Positions 1 through 15,239 of a stretch of DNA of 36,374 bases are shown here, in pieces. This DNA comes from Hyphochytrium catenoides (taxonomy: Eukaryota > Protista > Hyphochytriomycota). The stretch is taken from assembly GCA_900088475.1 (NCBI GenBank), contig FLMG01004006.1:1-36374 (forward strand), read 5' to 3'. Numbering within the stretch: position 1 is the stretch's first letter; the number at the start of each line of letters is the position of its first letter. The notes beneath the pieces are model-generated. The model was not told where the DNA came from. It worked only from the letters and a program-made list of their open reading frames with translations, and did not search any database. The position numbers were made by a program, and so were the translations under genes.

Positions 1-401
1 TACTCTCTTCCCAGCACAGCACGGTCCTCGCGGTAGCTTCCTAGCTTCCTTTCTCTTCTCGGTCGCTCTCTTCCTCTTCCCACATCAAGCGGCCAACCTT
101 CATCAAGACTTCTTATACAACAGCATATCTCATTCCTTAGAGGTTGATAATCCTCTTCACTCGAGAGACTGCTGCGCCAACAGACGAACTAGAACCGAGG
201 CAGACAGACCGAGAAATAGGGACAGGAAACGGAGAGAGACAGGGAACATACCAAGTGATACAAAGGAGGCTCACAAGAGGAGGGAGTCGCCCACAGCATC
301 AAAGACGCAGGAACAATCAAAAGCATGAGCACCTGCCGTAGCCAGTCCTAGAGCTTTAGCACATTTGCCTTTCACGCTCCATGAGGGCAGTGCTCCGTAG
401 T

Positions 402-4883
<4,482 letters not shown>

Positions 4884-5371
4884 TAGCGCGTATAGCCGCT
4901 TGAGAGGAGAAATATATCATATTTAAGAGTTACTAAGTGTGTATGAATGAGCGGAAGGAGAGGGAAAGAGTATAAGAGAGAGAGACTGAAACAATGACCC
5001 TGTCAATCAATCAGACGAGTAATAACAGTAACAAAGAGCAAATACTCTCCACGAGACGAGTCGCCTGTCTTTCATCTAGAGCAGCACGATTAACGCACCA
5101 CACAGCAGGATAAAGGGACCCTTACGGAGCACAGAGTCCAAAGGGCGTTGGCTCCTTCGTCAGCTGCAGTACCATTCGTAGAGAAGAGCTCAGTAGGGGT
5201 TACAAAGTGCATTACTCTAGTATTAACGGCAATGTTCTCTTTATACTTGGCACTGACCGTCAGGCAAAAGATCAGAACGAAGGGTGCGGACTGAGGGAAA
5301 ACAGAGGGTGGGTGACACGGTGATAGAAAGGGAGGAGATGAGAGGAAGAGGTCTTCTCTATGGAACTAGCC

Positions 5372-8300
5372 CTAACCTAATAACTTCCTCATATCGGCAA
5401 ACGCTTGGAAAAGCGCATCCAGAAACACTTTTGAGTCTGTCTTTGTACAGCTCTTCTTGCTACTAACATGGAAGAAAATCTTGTCGTCTCCAACTACCAT
5501 GTAGCTTACTCCATAACCATCATCAGCTACGGGACCAAAGCCTCCTCCAGGACTGCGGCACTTCTCCTTGTCTAGTCCTAAAGAGAGAACGATAGAAACA
5601 AAGGTCAGCAGAAAGGAGTCAGGGACTCACAGCCCATATAGAACGGCGAGCAGAGATCAAAGCATGAGAAATGCGGACCCAGTACCATCGTAGCAGGAGA
5701 GAACGGCTACAGATGGTACACCTCGTAGGAGTTTTGAATGGATGATACGTGAGGAGTTTAAAGACGAACTCAAGCCTTTGAAAACCAGCAAGCTCTCTAG
5801 TAAGATAGTGAAACGAGACTAGAAAGTCAGGAAAAGAGAGTGGACTGGAGGTAGAAGACATAAGGAGGCCTTTGCGGCCCGAGACAGCGCAACTAGAGGC
5901 AAAAGCTGTTGAAAAGGCACTCCTACCTGCTTGCTTCAGTAGATTCCAGACTGCAGTCTGTTCCTGAGGTTGCTGTGAGGTAGAAAGCTTGAAAGGCATT
6001 GAGAGAGCAGAATTCAGGAAAGGAGACTCAATGCCCAGCCCGCTAGCCGCGACGTAGAGGGCAAAGAGATGCCTGTCCACCCCTTTACTGCTCATAGCAA
6101 GGCGAGTGGTGTGCTGGTGCTTTGCGGCTGCTGTCTGGAGAAGAGAGAGACGTTCTGCCGGATTGCTGTTCTCGTCATTCATCGCCTTGACAAAGGCAAC
6201 GCTTTCCAAAGAGCAGGAGCGAATTGTCTCTGTTCTTCCGTTTAGATAGAGTCGGGTCATGCTACTCTCGTATGTCAGCGTGAAGCTACCCTGCTGGCGG
6301 TACCTGCAGGAGATGACGGTAGGATTAGTCACAAGCTTTGAAGTTCACAATGGACAAGTACTAGGGATGACGTCTGCACCCAAAGAAGTGCCTTTTGGGG
6401 TGTATATTTCTTGGAGGGAGAAGAAGGAGAAGAAGATTAGAGAGACGGGAAGAGAGACAAAGATTGGCCATGTCTCTAGACAAAGCGCAGACCATCCACA
6501 AGTATACGCTGTAACGCACAGTTTTGGCTTACCAGGCAAGCTGCAGAGCCATCTGCACAAAGGCGTCAGGAGACACCTTGCACTTCTTGATGTATCCCTT
6601 TCCGTAGCTGTCGTGACAAGCGACCAAGACGTCGATGTCTGCGATGAGGGCCTAGAAACGTAGAGATGGATGAGTTAAGCAAATAGTTTATACCTTCATC
6701 CGACTCAAAAGAGGGGGAAAAAAAGGTACGATCAAGATAGTGGGCGGAGTAAAGTTATGCATGAGAGAGGGATCTTTTAACTCTGGAAAGTTCACAAGGA
6801 AGCAGCATAAAGCCCACTTTCTCCCAACCAAACGTTGCCTCACCTTGGCATGCAATATAGAGTTCCTGATGAGGCTCTTGCAGCTCTCAGACAGCTCCCA
6901 CTGGAGGCGGAGAGGAAGACGAAGCGTCTCACTAACAGACTTGAGAGAAGCTTCATAACCCCGAACATTTCCTTTGTCATCATAGCCCTGTAGCTCCTCA
7001 TGCACCAGAGTGTACTCCCATAAATGAGCAATAACGGGTGCGTCGGCCCAAGAATGCTCTATGTTCATTCCTGCGACTGCGTTCTTGCATACAACCAGGG
7101 AGACAGACTTATCGAACCACCTGTCCCTGCCATTGCCATGGAAGAAAATGCCAGGAGAGGAGGAGCAAGATTCAGGCTCGTTCTCATCAAAGCAGAGGAT
7201 CATCACTGCTTCTTCTATCACTGCTAAACTCTTCTTGTTGAGGCCATGGACAAGATATCTCTCTCTTGCAGCCGCCCAGACTGCTCTATCTTCTGATGTG
7301 AGGGCAGCGACTCCCTCATCTTCACTGGCTGCCGCAGATGCGCTATCGTTGATGATTGCCTCAAAGATAACCTGCAGATCAGCAGCTGACACGCGGTTCC
7401 CGCCTAGTAAACAGCCAAAAATGATGGTTAGCCTTGTTAAATAAAAGGTAGAGACGTATGGAGATAGGCCAATATCAAGCTTATGATGGAGAATGTAGTA
7501 GCTCGAAATAAATAGAAAGTCGGACACTAGAAGAGACACACGGACGACCTACGTAAGAGAAGGGAGGCAGGCACAGCAGTCGAAGTAACGAGGTACTGAT
7601 GAGGCCACGTACCCTTGTTCTCAATGGAGACTTTGTACCAATGCCCATTGCTGTGTACAACAATGTGCTTTGAATCAGGGAAATGTTTTAGTTGATCGAT
7701 GTCCAGCTTCGGTATTCTGGTCGTCGAGAACATACGCCAATACTGCCGGGCAATGGTTCCAAATTAAAAAGAGAGAGGGACCAGTGAGAGAGAAACAAGG
7801 CAACCAGTCAGGATAAAATTCATTTGATGTTAGAAGGAAGAGCATGGGCTGTGAGGGACACCGTATAGGGGAAGCAGGAGCTTGAAAGTAAGGGGAACGA
7901 GGCAAGGAAGCAGCTATGAGATTGACGACAAAAGAATCAGTCCAACAGTTCACTTAGTAAAAGCAGCATAGGAGAGGATCGACATACCTGGTTCATGCAA
8001 AGTGGGATAATCTTCTGCATGAGAATCGGAGGCACTTCTTCTCTGTCCAAGAGTTTCTTGAAAGAGAGCATGTTCCAGACCAGCTGTGCCGCTCTTGCAG
8101 TCTGCACAGAGGTGCCTTTGATGGTCCGGTCTAAGACGTAGTAGTTGCTGTTGATAGCAATGGGGCTTCTACCTCTCAGATAGACATATTTCTCCCACCA
8201 GTCGCTGACATAGTTAGTGGAGACAAGGTACTTTAGGTAGAGAAGACGCTGGAGCTTTGGACCCGTGGATACAAGAAACTCCCTTGCCTTCTGCTGCATC

Positions 8301-8965
8301 TCTTCATACTCAGTTTCTGAAAGGAGAGGCTTGACCGACAAGAGGAGTCTGTCCGTCGTGTCTTTCAGGTCAGGCACTGGGAGACGAGGAAGAGCACCTT
8401 GGAATTGGTAGGTTAGAGGGTTCTTCGTTACGGGAGAGAGAAGCTTGATCGCTGTGAACCAGGCCATCAGTGTGAGAGGAGGCGCTTTGCCCGGGCTCTG
8501 ATAGAGATATCCTTTGTAGGAGTACATCATTTGCAAGATGAAGCGCTGCACGAACATGAGAAAGAAGAATCCCAAAGCGCCTCCCAGTATAGAAAGAACC
8601 ACGATCTTGAAGTAGAAAGGGAAGTACCGATTAAGAGGAAAAAGGTGATAGGCATCCCAAAGAATATTTGCTGCCCAGCCATTGCGCCACCAGGAGGAGG
8701 CAGGAGCAGTGAGGACTCTGGCAACCACCATCGCCACTACCACCGCGAATATCTCCATAGAACTGGGGTGGATACCCTTGATGAATAGTCTCTTGAGCCT
8801 AAACCCTGCCTTCACAGCAGCCTTGCGAATGTCCCTAGGGTGAGGGATGGCGAAAGAAACCACCACTGCATCTTCTTTTAGCTCTACATGGAGACCGTAA
8901 GAATCAGCATCCACCGTGACATCGTATTGGGATATCACCGTCACGGCTGATCTCGCTTCAGCCAT
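5372..8965 (-). CDS. CPT1: Carnitine O-palmitoyltransferase 1-like, 6 exons
   Basis: Exons 8965-7988, 7742-7613, 7403-6844, 6651-6533, 6303-5927, 5577-5372. N-terminus MAEARSAV (cf. animal MAEAHQAV) with two hydrophobic segments. Motifs: [41 protein letters not shown], catalytic [70 protein letters not shown]. Confidence 0.95.
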
Positions 8966-11354
8966 GATTCAGACTGCGCCTCGGCCTTTGTAATGTGCAC
9001 GGAGCAGTGCCAAATGAGACTCTTCTTGGGCCGCAGTGCCAGCTCCAAGGCAGAAAGCAAAGAGGGTGCAAAATAGAGACTGAGCAAGCAGCCGCTGATT
9101 ACTTCTTGAATAAGGGAACAGGTGCCTTCACAGGCTTTAAACTCTCTTGAGTTTACGAAGAGGGTGGACCTTCTCCACGTCAATCCTCGGCTTCTCCTCT
9201 GCTTGAAGCAAGAGGCATCAAAGAGCCAAAGAGTTAGAAGGTAGGCAAGCTAGTAGCGCTCTTTAGTGACTTGAGATGCCAACAGAACCATGCAGAGACA
9301 AGAGGATGACGAGTCCATCTGATGCTGCTGGCGGATGAGAGGGCAGACCAAACACTGGCCATCTGGCCCTGACCTTGTAAGGTTCGTCCTTAGGCTTTGC
9401 TGCTGCGGCTGCTGGCTCTTGGGGAGGGAAGGAGAGTCTCACTCAGAGGTCAAGGGTACTTATGTCTCCATCGTCTGTGCAGAGAAAGTCCGCTACGAGC
9501 CAATGCGGTTGGTTACATTGCCAGCAGGGGGAGGAATACCTTGAGAAACACCAGAAATGATCCTCCAGCACAATGCAGTTGTCAGGGGCGGAGGGTTATC
9601 AGGTAAAGGTGCTGCTTAGTGTTCTTGTATAAGGAGGAAAGCGGTCTAGTATTAGACCTAAGGTGCACGGTATTTTAGAGTGAGAAGGAGTATGAGTAGG
9701 GAGATGAGATGTTGAGCACCAGCTTTCACACCAAACACGTGAAAGTTTGTTTGTGCCATGCAAGATTTGAATTATTTCACAAGGGCTATGGTGAAAATAT
9801 AGCATCAAAGTGAAGCCTTCAAGGAAAGGGTTTCGGGGTGAAGCTTTCGGTCAAATTGTTGAGAGGCAAACAACCTTTGGCGTTGGAGGAGAGATGCACT
9901 GCACGTTCTGATCCGATCCCCAGTATGTCGAATAGGCATTCCACTTATTCATGATGAGGTTCTTCTAATGCAATGATATCTAGAATAATGAAGGTTCATA
10001 AGGTAGACCGGCAATTTTTTGCGATTGGCGCTTGAAGTTGGGAAGGATCGTGCAGGCTAGCTTATTGTACAGTAAAGGGAAAGAGATCACGGTTGAAGCC
10101 AGAAAGTTGAAGCATCCAGAGCTTTAGAACTACCGCATGAGAGGTCAGACATCAAGCAGCACGAGGAGTTCGTAGAGCTATGCAGAGGAAAGGACTCTGC
10201 TGGATAGTTCTATGTCTCAATACACTATTGAAGGCCAGTCTGGAGACTGGCGCTTTGAGCCCAGACGTGAGAAAGGCACAGCAATGGCAGGTACTGTGTG
10301 AAATGATGCTGCTGGTGCTGGTGGAAGGGGTGAAGGTTTGTCGGCAAGCAGTATAGCCCTTGGTGCACATAGGTCGTCTGTTTACTGTAAGCTGGGCATA
10401 TGTATACCCTTGGATGATCATACCTAATGTAAAGGGAAGATCTTGCAGTGGAGCACCGTCAAATGGAACCGTAGAAAATGGGAAGACTACACATTATAAA
10501 TAGGTGACCATCATGATAATATTAACCATCCAGTACAGATGCTTCTTGAACGGATAAGGGACAACATAGCATGTTGGCCTAGCGATTAATCTGCTCTGGC
10601 TGGATCCGGGCTCGACAACAAGGGTTCATGGTGAGTTGCACTTTTTGCTTGTGAGTCAACGATTTCTACGAGTAGCATATTTGGCGAAAAGAACGATTCT
10701 CTAGTTTGTGGAGGGAGGAAAAGGGAGTGCATGACCTCTTCGTTCTTGACCATATCCTACAGCTTTCGCTTTTTGGGAACTCTCTGGCTCAGGCTGAGAT
10801 ACCTCGCGCTCGTCGTCCCAGTCACCAGATGGTTTATATAATAGCAACACTGATCCTTGCTTGCCTTCTATTCTCTTGACGCAGCTTATTTATTAGGCAT
10901 GAAAAGATGCTACTGTTAGCCTAGCTGTCCTATTACTAAGCTGGGGGATGGTTTAGAGGTGGCCGTCTCCGTCCAGAAAATTGTGCCTCTATAATACTTT
11001 GTCGGCTTTTCCCTGACTTCGGACTTCAACCTCCTATTTGCGCCGCATTGAGAGCATTAGGAGACGCCTTATCAGTGGGGTCCCGTAGTGAGCCCTGGCG
11101 CACCGAATTGCTCTTAAAACTGAGGGCCTAAGTTAGTGCACTGGCTGCCTCGTACTCGCCATCCGTCCTGATCTGGCATGATGCCTTGAACTGCGAGGCC
11201 AGGCGGTCTTTATTTGTTGTCTGTCATGCTCCCTAGACTATGCATGCTGGGCTTCTTGTGAATCTTTGAGCGAACCCTATTATTCCTTGGCTTGAAATGG
11301 AGCTCTTCTTTTCTCTATGGCCTGGCTTCAACCTTTCGAGCAGATAGCGTTCGA

Positions 11355-12937
11355 CCAAGGGTCACGAATCTCGCCTGCAGGAACAACCATCGTCGCAGTC
11401 TTGGAATTGACTTCCCTTTTGGCAGGAGAAACAACTTCATCCTCAGCCGTATGCGACTTACCGAGACCGAAGCTGCGGTTTGGCTTTCATGGCTCTAATG
11501 TTCTTCCTCACTTCACCATCCAATTCTTTGCTTGGCGGCAACCTTAGATACTTTTGTAAGTAGCATAAGAGGCTGGTCACCAGTGTATTATTGATGGAGG
11601 AGAATTCCTGGGGCCTCCGAAGCTTATGTAGAGGGCATGAACATAACAGCCTCCTGCTGGTGGACCGCCAAGGAGTCAACGGACGGACTTACCGCTGGTG
11701 GTGTGTGGAACACGTTAATGATGAGAATGCCTGATTACCCCAGCCTATATCCTCCACTCCTGTACCATTCATGGGTGTATTGTCCTCAGGGGTTCTGACA
11801 AACTATCATCAATATCAGCTCGATAGGTCTTTGGTCTAAGTGTTAATGGTATATCCAACCGTCGGCCATGGTCCATATTGGACGCATCGACTGCCTGCAC
11901 TGTGGACTACGGCAACATCAAACAGCTTGTGGAATGAATGTTCCAGGGATAACTGATGCATAGAAGAAGATAACCAGACCACGGATGGTCCGAAGATAGA
12001 ATGTAGAATCAGTTGCGTGGATGGCGCCCTGGTTAGACAGTAGGAGCTGATTCCAGATGGTCTGGCCTCGTGGGCAATATAACCCCTAACAATAAAGGTC
12101 AATAAAGGTCCGCATGTGGGGCAACCAGCATGCCAGCATGACAAGCTTGAGATGAATAACCTGAAGTAGGAAATCGTTGACGAGACGAGAAGAAAGATCA
12201 ATCATGATGTGGCCATAGTTCATGCAGGGATTTGTAACGACCAAGAAAGATCCCAATGAATAACGGTTCTTGACCAAGGATGGTACGGTTCTAGATGGAG
12301 GACAGCACTGTACAAGTACAACGCACCTCGTAGGGTACGAAATTCAAAAAGTAGTAGTGCTCATCAGATGGCTTGACCTCTCCACTTCTTCCTTTGGCCA
12401 CAACAAGCTCTATGGTAGTTTAAAGGCTTTAGTTAGGAAGACAAACCTTGTGGGAATCTTTCCCGATGAGAGAAGGTGTCCTAGCTTGTTGGAGGCAAGA
12501 GGCGATCGGATGCAATCATTTCTGAAGATTATTGGACATAGGATTTGCTGTCTATGCGGCAATAGGGGAACGAGTTAATCTGTACTCTGCATACCCTAGC
12601 GATCATCAGCTTTTTAGCCGAGTTGACATAGGTATTGCCGTCCACCAGACATTGATTGAAGCCCTGCCCTGGGACATCAGAGGCAAAAGAATGCAGGATT
12701 GAAGGCTTTGTGCCGCTTCGGACATGCAAAATCTCTCCGTCTTCCAGCGTCTCACGTACTGACATTCTGAAGCACCAAGGATAATTGCCAGTCGTGGTAC
12801 TTACGCTCGGCATACATGTTCTTCTTATCATGACCATGCCCACTCCTATCGGAAACTGCGCGGCCTTCTGAACACCAGACACTTATCTGCGTCAACCTCT
12901 TGCTTGTAAGGGAGCAGGCAAAGCCATCATCTGCCAT
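11355..12937 (-). CDS. Probable spliced hypothetical protein (no family recognised)
   Basis: ATG at 12937 followed by a chain of phase-compatible GT-AG exons: MADDGFACS...LQNV / QGFNQCLVDGNTYVNSAKKLMIAR / DTFSHRERFPQ / ELVVAKGR...YYFLNFVPYE / GLYCPRGQTIWNQ...LRTIR / GILIINVFHTPPA / EFSSINN...PQLRSR. Several junctions and the 3' end are ambiguous. Confidence 0.45.
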
Positions 12938-12986
12938 ATAAATCGAGCTTCTCAGTGCTCAAAGTGTCAAATCTAGGCCCACCACA

Positions 12987-14069
12987 ATGGCATCTGAGAA
13001 CGAGCGCATTAGACTCAGTGAGGCAAGGCATTCTTCAAATGAGATGCCCAGAGAGACTAAAGAGGATAGCATTCTCCTTCGCTGCAGTCTGGCACTACAT
13101 ACGGCTCAAGACCGTTTGGACAATACCATGTCACAGTTGCAGAGTCTGAAGCTAGCCTACCTTACCCTCCATCAAGAGAAAGTGAGTCTTCAATCAAAAG
13201 TTGAAGCCCTAGAAGCACACAATGCAGCTTTGGAACGGACAATTCAGAAGGCATTCGGAGACGATGCCCAACAAGTAAGACAAGCCGGAGGCACTACTCC
13301 ACAAAGTGCAAGGAGAATCCGATTCATCCAAGAACTGAAGTCAGAGAATAGTGCTTTGGCATCACAGTGTTCCCGGTATGGCGGCTTGGTACGCTGCCTC
13401 GAGCATAAGATGGAGCGAATAAGAAAGAACTCTATATCATCAGAGCAGGGCAGTGGACAAGGTCAGAGACTAGCGACGAGTCCTACTCTGGACTCTAACC
13501 AGACTATCCAAAAACAAGAGTGCTATCCAGAGAAACAGCACACTCCCAGAGACGCGATGGTAGAGAGAAGGATAATCTCAAGAGGTACAAGGCTACCCTT
13601 ATCGACTGGGACACCAGAAGAACCTGTACATACAACCAAACCCCACCTCTCCAGGGGCCGACAGGGTGTGCGTACCATCAGAGGCAAGAGGTCTCTTAGC
13701 TTAGAAGGAGGGCGAGCCGACGAGCTACACAAGGAGAACAATCCCTTGTTGATCTCAAACCTGAACCAGTTTAGGCGCTCCAATCGAGGAGTTAAGGGAG
13801 AGCCTCATTCAACTGAAGAGAAAAGGTTGGAGTTGCGAAAAGCTCTAACGGTTGGAAATGGGGAAGCCGAAGCTGACTCTGATCCGCCCCCTAGCACTAC
13901 AGATGGTCTTCCTACGGCAGGACTCAGTGCGAAGGCCCACTCCATCAAAGTGCTTTACCAGCTGAAGCTTGAGAATGCAGCGCTTCAGAAAGAAAACACG
14001 GATCTGCGGAAAAAGTTGCTCAAGAACCTTGCTCAAGAACGGTCAGAGCCTCCTGCTAGTCCGGCCTAG
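12987..14069 (+). CDS. Intronless 360-aa hypothetical coiled-coil protein
   Basis: Longest uninterrupted ORF in the window, in a cacaATGG context. Heptad-like segments (LQSKVEALEAHNAALERTI; LKSENSALASQ; LKLENAALQKENTDLRKKL) are separated by low-complexity linkers. Confidence 0.7.
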   Translation: MASENERIRLSEARHSSNEMPRETKEDSILLRCSLALHTAQDRLDNTMSQLQSLKLAYLTLHQEKVSLQSKVEALEAHNAALERTIQKAFGDDAQQVRQAGGTTPQSARRIRFIQELKSENSALASQCSRYGGLVRCLEHKMERIRKNSISSEQGSGQGQRLATSPTLDSNQTIQKQECYPEKQHTPRDAMVERRIISRGTRLPLSTGTPEEPVHTTKPHLSRGRQGVRTIRGKRSLSLEGGRADELHKENNPLLISNLNQFRRSNRGVKGEPHSTEEKRLELRKALTVGNGEAEADSDPPPSTTDGLPTAGLSAKAHSIKVLYQLKLENAALQKENTDLRKKLLKNLAQERSEPPASPA

Positions 14070-15239
14070 ACGCAAATTCGGCTCTCCTTCCGTCCTTCTC
14101 TCATTATTCCGAGTTCTCTCATCTCTTCTTCAGCAACAGATGAGCTCAGATGTGGTTTCACCGCCATGTAATATACCACTTCGGTGTCCCTTACTGTTAA
14201 TCTGTTAAGGACGAGTCATCTACTAGTCAGGAACCTTTCTTGCTTAGAACTATACCTCTTTACATAATCCTTTCAGCAATATCATACGAGTAAGTGAGGC
14301 TTCCAAGCCCAATCCGGCGCACTGTTAGATGAATGTAACAGAAGCACAACCTCGAAGCGAAGAACAAGCCCATCTGCCTATTTTCCTGGATGCTTCGGCG
14401 TTCTTGCACTCCGACCAGCTACTTGAAGGGTCATGATGTGTCCTTCATGGCAGAAAAGGAAGCACCAAGCGTACTACTAGCATTCGAAACAAATCTACGG
14501 TAGCCTCGCCACTGTTGCTGGTCGTTGCGGATCCGTATTGTGTGCCGACTCTGGCATCCATGTCACACATCAATAATATGCGTCCTCAAGCGGCAACATT
14601 CCAGAGCATGTGGTCTGTGTGACTGCTGAAGCTGAGCTGCAGACGGCTGTGAAGATGACGGCATCGCGCCAAAAGTTCGATTCCTCAGGTCTAACCACCG
14701 CTGTAACACCCACACCGAAGAAATCTACTAGAGACCACTGCAGCTTTAGAAACTTATATATGGCGGCTCTAAGAGCTAGTGTTGAAGCTTTGCAGTGAAA
14801 CTATTGTGAAATATTTCCTATATCTTGGTCTTGTGACTTGCGCAAAGAACAAGTAAAAGTGAAGAAAAGCGGCGGCGTCGCTCTCAAAGCTTTCTGTGCA
14901 CTCGAGATGACAGTGAGATCATCAGGTTCGGACCTTCCTGGCTCATCCCCTCCTTACGGATTGATAGGCGCACTAGTGCCTAGGAACAGGCTGAGAGATC
15001 TCATATCTTCCGCCCTAGCAAGATACAACCGAGTGTAATGGTGAGGTGGACAGGCTTTACAATGGGTGATCCTGTCTTCTACTGATGGAGACAAGGAGAG
15101 TTCTAGAAAGATGGAGGGCCAGAACAGCCATTCCGCTGGCTCACATACGAGCAAGCCCCCGTAGTTACTCTCTTGCGCGATGGTTTAGAGTAGGGACGCC
15201 GTCCTAAGGCGATACTGGCCTTTGCAATAGTTCCGAACG

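Noticed and set aside
1-380. Possible minus-strand spliced gene (intron-like ~192-332)
   Set aside because: No start codon or recognisable peptide could be assembled; it may be non-coding or truncated by the window edge.
14070-14080. ACGCAAATTCG similar to the U6 snRNA 3' region
   Set aside because: Only 11 nt, and there is no ACAGAGA box or other U6 sequence upstream.
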